Shown here: one piece after another, positions 17,305 through 21,277 of the stretch
How the letters are laid out: the number at the start of each line of letters is the position of its first letter
Position numbering within the stretch: position 1 is the stretch's first letter
Assembly (NCBI GenBank): GCA_039586795.1
Contig: JBDHJS010000076.1
Span: 1 to 21,277, forward strand
Length of the DNA: 21,277 nt
Reading direction: 5' to 3'
From: Gemmatimonadota bacterium
GTDB lineage: Bacteria; Gemmatimonadota; Gemmatimonadetes; Palauibacterales; KS3-K002
Notes under the pieces: model-generated
Databases searched by the model: none
Seen by the model: the letters and a program-made list of their open reading frames with translations, nothing else
What the model was told of the DNA's origin: nothing
Position numbers and translations under genes: made by a program

Positions 17305-18004
17305 ATCCGAACCGTATCTGCGTCATCCCCGGAAACACATTGATCAGCGTGTGGACGAGTATCGGCGCGATCAGGTTCTCGCGGCTGCGCCAGTAGACGA
17401 TGCCAAGCACCAAACCGCCCGCTATGCCCTGGGTGAACGCGGCGATGATCGCAGCTTGCAGATCGCCGTGGGAAGGCCAGTTCGGGTTGAGGTATGCGTA
17501 AGGCACGTGATAAAGCCCGAACAGAAAGGAAACTACGGCGATCGCGGCGAGGTTCGAGCGTAGGCTCCTCGCCAGCCGAGTTTGGACGACTCCACGGAAG
17601 AAGAATTCCTCCGTAAACCCCGCGGTGAATAAGAGAAACACGAACAGTAGCGGAAACAGGTAGAGCACGCGCCCGGAAGAGACGATCTCTAGGAACTCGA
17701 CCCTGTTCCTCGAAACTGCCAGCTGAAGGCCCGAGAGTACGAGCCCCAGGGGGATTGCCCAGGCCACGCCCGAGGTCAGGTTGCCGCGTCGGAACCCCAC
17801 GCTGGCCAGCGTTCGACCAAGCGACCAGCCGGGCATCTTCCTTCTCTGGAAAGCGAAGAGCAGTGCGAATGGAACGGCCACAAGAGTTAGCCAGTGCTCG
17901 AACTCGCTCTCGGGGTGAACGAAGAGGTATACCATATAGACAGCGAAGTAGCCCACGACAACATACGATTCGCAGCGGTAGTCCAACCTTGACTCCTCTG
18001 GCAT
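17303..18004 (-). CDS. CPBP family intramembrane glutamic endopeptidase (CAAX protease / Abi)
   Basis: Multiple TM helices; EEFFFRG (EExxxR), FGLYH (FxxxH), HTLIN (HxxxN). Confidence 0.92.
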   Translation of the reverse strand: MPEESRLDYRCESYVVVGYFAVYMVYLFVHPESEFEHWLTLVAVPFALLFAFQRRKMPGWSLGRTLASVGFRRGNLTSGVAWAIPLGLVLSGLQLAVSRNRVEFLEIVSSGRVLYLFPLLFVFLLFTAGFTEEFFFRGVVQTRLARSLRSNLAAIAVVSFLFGLYHVPYAYLNPNWPSHGDLQAAIIAAFTQGIAGGLVLGIVYWRSRENLIAPILVHTLINVFPGMTQIRFG

Positions 18005-18128
18005 GTTCTGCTCTCCGTGGTATCGCTTTAGCTTGCAGCTCTCCGCTCACAGACTATTGTACGCGATCAGTCCGCACGAAAGATTCAACAGCGGTGTTAA
18101 TGGTAGTGAACGTTCCCGGCATCTTCGA

Positions 18129-19256
18129 GTGAACCGGAGGTATCAAATCGAAGTCTCCGGCCCGCAAATCGTACTGCTGATCGGCACCCGCAAGGGGTTG
18201 TTTCGGGCTACCTCCGACACAACCCGCCGCGAATGGCGAATCGAGGGTCCGCAGCTTGCCGGCTACGAGGTCTATCACGCTTTCCTCGACCCGCGCGATC
18301 CAAGTACCGCCTATGCGGCGGTGCGTCATATTGTCTGGGGTGTTCACGTACATCGAAGCGATGATGGCGGTCGAAACTGGACACTACTTCCCAGCGTCCC
18401 GTATCACGGTCTTTCTGGAGCCGACCCCCTTCGAGCGATCTGGTATCTGGCGCCGGGTCACTCGAGCGAACCGGAAACGCTCTACGCGGGGATAGAACCG
18501 GCCGCCCTTTACGCCAGCCGCGATCGCGGCGAGAGCTGGAGCCCCGTCGACGCCCTCAATGAGCATCCAACGCGCGCTCATTGGCAACCTGCCAAGGGTG
18601 GACTCGCGCTCCATTCGATATACATCGATCCGCGCGATGCCCGACGGATCTACGCGGCGGTATCGGCAGGTGGCGTCTACCGCAGCGACGACGGCGGCGC
18701 GAGCTGGACGCCGGCCAACAGAGGGGTGCGCGCCGAGTACCTCCCCGATACACAACCCGAGGTCGGCCACTGCGTCCACCGCATCGTTTTGCATCCGGCC
18801 CAGCCCGACCGGCTCTACCAGCAGAGCCACACCGGCACGTACCGCTCAGACGACCGGGGCGATTCGTGGATCGAAATCACCGACGGCCTGCCCAGCGATT
18901 TTGGGTACGCCGTTGCGACGGACCCGAGCGATGCTGACGTCGTCTACGTGATCCCCGAAGAGAGCAGTCATGTTCGCACCACCGTGGGTGGCGCGATCAC
19001 CCTGTACCGCAGCGGTGACGCGGGTGCCAATTGGGAGCCGCTGACGCGCGGACTCCCGCAGCAAGACGCGTACGTGACCATCCTGCGTGAGGCGATCGAC
19101 ACCGACGATCTCGATCCGTGCGGCGTCTACTTCGGCACCTCGAGCGGTCACCTGTTCGCCAGTCGTGACCGTGGTGACAGCTGGGAGATACTGGCCGGCT
19201 TTCTGCCCCGCATCCTCTCGGTGGAAGCTACGGTCGTCTCCGGGAGTCTTCCGTAG
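18129..19256 (+). CDS. Asp-box (BNR) repeat beta-propeller protein, sialidase/Ycf48-like fold, apparently cytoplasmic
   Basis: Six Asp-box motifs (SDDGGRNW, SRDRGESW, SDDGGASW, SDDRGDSW, SGDAGANW, SRDRGDSW); N-terminal LLIGTRKGLF; no signal peptide. Start uncertain; GTG 18129 used. Confidence 0.85.
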   Translation: MNRRYQIEVSGPQIVLLIGTRKGLFRATSDTTRREWRIEGPQLAGYEVYHAFLDPRDPSTAYAAVRHIVWGVHVHRSDDGGRNWTLLPSVPYHGLSGADPLRAIWYLAPGHSSEPETLYAGIEPAALYASRDRGESWSPVDALNEHPTRAHWQPAKGGLALHSIYIDPRDARRIYAAVSAGGVYRSDDGGASWTPANRGVRAEYLPDTQPEVGHCVHRIVLHPAQPDRLYQQSHTGTYRSDDRGDSWIEITDGLPSDFGYAVATDPSDADVVYVIPEESSHVRTTVGGAITLYRSGDAGANWEPLTRGLPQQDAYVTILREAIDTDDLDPCGVYFGTSSGHLFASRDRGDSWEILAGFLPRILSVEATVVSGSLP

Positions 19257-20009
19257 GTGAACGAACTCCTCGATTTGCTCGGCGCCCGTACGGGCATGGT
19301 CAGCGCCGTCGGCGCCGGCGGCAAGAAGACCACGCTATACCATATCGCGATGGCGCACCCTGGCACGGTCGGCGTTACGTCTACCGTGCCGCTCGCTCAT
19401 TTCCCAAGCTCATTAGGCGCAGTCGAGGTGGTCGAAGAAGGCGGCCTGATCGTCGATGCCGTTGTCGAAGCCGCAAAAGAGAACCGTGTCGTCGCCTTTG
19501 CTCGACCGGACGTCAAGCGAGGCCGCTATGGAGGCCTGCGTTCCGAGACGATCGCTCGAGTCCGCGAGGCCGGTGTCTTCGACGTCGTTCTTGTGAAAGC
19601 CGACGGCGCCCGCATGCGCTGGATCAAGGCGCCCGATGATGATGAGCCGGTCATCCCCGACGATACGACCACCGTTCTTCCGATCGTCTCAGCCAAAGCG
19701 ATCGGCGAGCCTCTGACCGAACAGGTCGCCCATCGCCTGCACTGCGTGGAGTCGGTGACCGGGGCGAACTACAACGAGCCGATCAAGCCGGCTCACGTCG
19801 CCCGGCTGCTGGCCCACGAGTCGGGTAGCTTGAAGAGCGTAGGGGATGCCGAGGTCATACCGGTGATCAACATGGTCGACAACACAGAACTTGAGGCTGC
19901 GGCTGTCGAAGCCGCGGAGACCGCCCTCGCTATGACTGATCGAATCGACCGGGTTGTCTTGACCTGCAATCTTAGCTCGAGCCGCCTGGTCGCCGTCGTC
20001 TCACGCTAG
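19257..20009 (+). CDS. yqeC: YqeC-family selenium-dependent molybdenum hydroxylase accessory protein
   Basis: P-loop-like VGAGGKKTT, VTSTV, ADG.R...KAP...EPVIP, GEPL....HR, VINMVD; starts at the base after the upstream stop. Confidence 0.82.
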   Translation: MNELLDLLGARTGMVSAVGAGGKKTTLYHIAMAHPGTVGVTSTVPLAHFPSSLGAVEVVEEGGLIVDAVVEAAKENRVVAFARPDVKRGRYGGLRSETIARVREAGVFDVVLVKADGARMRWIKAPDDDEPVIPDDTTTVLPIVSAKAIGEPLTEQVAHRLHCVESVTGANYNEPIKPAHVARLLAHESGSLKSVGDAEVIPVINMVDNTELEAAAVEAAETALAMTDRIDRVVLTCNLSSSRLVAVVSR

Positions 20010-20036
20010 CCGGTTACAAGACAAGAGGACTTGATC

Positions 20037-20765
20037 ATGCTAGCCACACTTCTCGCAGCGCTGCTCACCCTTCAAGCCCCGGTCAACGAAGGGGACTACC
20101 TGTACAAGACGCTCCTGGTGCGCGCCGCGCCCGGCGAACTGCTGGAGCTTATCGATCTCTATCTCGATCGAATGGATGTCTGGGAGGCGACGGATGAACG
20201 CCCGTTCCTCATGCGCCACACGCAGGGCGATCAGTGGGACCTCTTGCTGCTCTTCCCGATGGGCAGCTTCGAAGGGTATTACGCCGAGGCGAATGCGGCG
20301 GAGCGGGCCAGAGCCGCGGCAACGAGTTCCGCCAGCGAGTTCTCAGCTCAAGTCGACGCACGCACAGCCTGGCGCGAGGAGACGTACGTCGTCGGACCCA
20401 CACCCGAGATCGTCAGCCGTCTGTTCGCCGACAACGACTACTACCACGTTGAGATGTTCCTGGCGATTCCTGGAAAGCGAGACCAGTTGATCGAAGAGCG
20501 GCGCATGGAGAACGCCTACCTGGCGGGCATCGACCGGCCGCAGAACCTGATCTTCAAGCGCGTCGCTGGCGCCGCGTGGGACAGCTACACCATCGGATTC
20601 TACAAGGACATCAAGCACTACGCGGCAAGCGCCGACATCTCAGGTGATCTTAAAGAAAAAGCCGCAAAGGTCGCAGGATTTCAGGGCGCCGACTACATCG
20701 GTTCCTACCTGCGCACGTTAATCCAGTGGCACCACGACACGTTGGCCGTGTCGGTTCGTAGGTAG
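20037..20765 (+). CDS. Secreted hypothetical protein with two NIPSNAP-like (dimeric alpha/beta barrel) repeats
   Basis: Short hydrophobic N-terminus MLATLLAALLTLQA; internal repeat YKTLLVRAAPGELLELI...GDQWD vs YHVEMFLAIPGKRDQLI...GAAWD; GAGGA 7 nt before ATG 20037. The fold call is an inference. Confidence 0.65.
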   Translation: MLATLLAALLTLQAPVNEGDYLYKTLLVRAAPGELLELIDLYLDRMDVWEATDERPFLMRHTQGDQWDLLLLFPMGSFEGYYAEANAAERARAAATSSASEFSAQVDARTAWREETYVVGPTPEIVSRLFADNDYYHVEMFLAIPGKRDQLIEERRMENAYLAGIDRPQNLIFKRVAGAAWDSYTIGFYKDIKHYAASADISGDLKEKAAKVAGFQGADYIGSYLRTLIQWHHDTLAVSVRR

Positions 20766-20811
20766 TAGATGGTGGGTGGTGAGGTACGGACTACCACCTA
20801 CCACCTGCCAC
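20762..20811. repeat. Inverted heptamer tandem repeats forming a long imperfect hairpin between convergent genes
   Basis: CTACCAC CTACCAC CTGCCAC (20791-20811) opposite degenerate reverse complements GTAGTAG ATGGTGG GTGGTGA (20762-20782). Confidence 0.65.
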
Positions 20812-20816
20812 AAGAC

Positions 20817-21277
20817 TCACCGCCTCCGCTGTCCTCGAATCCTCGGTTCCGGCTGGACCCGTGGCTGCCGCGGACGCGGCGCGTTCACCTTGAGCTCCGT
20901 CTCGCCCGAATCCCCGTCTGCCTCGATTCGAATCGTGTACGTCCCCGGAGTCACGTACAGCTGCCGTTCCAGCCGAACAACTTCCGCCCACGGCGTATCC
21001 GCTGGCTTGACGTCTTCGTTTTCCGCGACACGGGCCTGCTCGACCGGTAGGGCCAATTCGGGATCGAGCATGAGATCCCACCGAAGCGTATTCACACCGC
21101 GTACGGCCTCCATCGTGCCCCGTCGCAGCGCATTGCCGTCCGAATCGATCACGCTCCAGTTGACGCTACCGTCGGCGTCGACCCAGAAGGGGATGTTCTG
21201 ATGCCGGGCATCTTCGGGCCGGTAGTACCACTGAGACCGTCGTGAGCTCCAACCTCGCGAGTACGTGATCGGGTCCA
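20817..21277 (-). CDS. C-terminal part of a large protein with a FlgD/Ig-like tail, possibly a VPS10/BNR-repeat glycosyl-hydrolase-like protein (truncated by window edge)
   Basis: Frame is open to the right edge (DPITYSRGWSSRRSQWYYRPEDARHQNIPFWVDADGSVNWSVIDSDG...); GVNTLRWDL and PGTYTIRI motifs are typical of such tails. Confidence 0.65.
   Translation of the reverse strand, partial: DPITYSRGWSSRRSQWYYRPEDARHQNIPFWVDADGSVNWSVIDSDGNALRRGTMEAVRGVNTLRWDLMLDPELALPVEQARVAENEDVKPADTPWAEVVRLERQLYVTPGTYTIRIEADGDSGETELKVNAPRPRQPRVQPEPRIRGQRRR

Noticed and set aside
17303..18004. CPBP/Abi protease as a phage-defence or bacteriocin-immunity system, or as the pilin's peptidase
   Set aside because: No bacteriocin or defence genes are nearby; the Abi name is historical; prepilins are cleaved by the aspartic peptidase PilD, not by CPBP
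17088..18050. 320-aa minus-strand ORF spanning the CPBP gene
   Set aside because: Arg/Pro/Ser-rich off-frame translation; the 17303-18004 frame has all the CPBP catalytic motifs
19254..20009. Selenocysteine or pyrrolysine read-through near yqeC
   Set aside because: yqeC has no in-frame TGA. The propeller TAG is in frame with yqeC, but both proteins look complete and yqeC has its own GTG start, so read-through or a broken fusion is not supported from sequence alone.
20762..20811. Repeats as a CRISPR array or transposon end
   Set aside because: Units are 7 bp with no spacers, and there is no cas or transposase gene in the window

Overview
GC-rich bacterial chromosomal window, dominated by housekeeping genes. 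Gene content and order suggest a diderm such as Gemmatimonadota/FCB; this is an inference, not a database result. Positions 1-16418 are one minus-strand run, in transcription order: rpsU, a 185-bp intergenic region with a candidate structured RNA, tilS-hpt-ftsH-folP-cdaA, exbB-exbD-exbD-tonB, yggS-divIVA-PNP-ileS-dksA/traR-lspA-rluD, then cheW-cheY (cheY runs off the left edge). Positions 16800-21277 are more accessory: a lone type IV pilin-like gene behind a sigma54-type promoter, a CPBP (CAAX/Abi) membrane protease, a plus-strand trio (cytoplasmic Asp-box beta-propeller, YqeC, secreted tandem NIPSNAP-like protein), and the C-terminus of a large gene at the right edge. I see no mobile element, CRISPR array, tRNA or rRNA. 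The best leads are the unassigned multi-stem RNA between rpsU and tilS, the non-canonical GIHH signature in IleRS2, the propeller-YqeC-NIPSNAP trio, and a 13-bp inverted repeat bracketing the pilin upstream region. None of these is a demonstrated new system.
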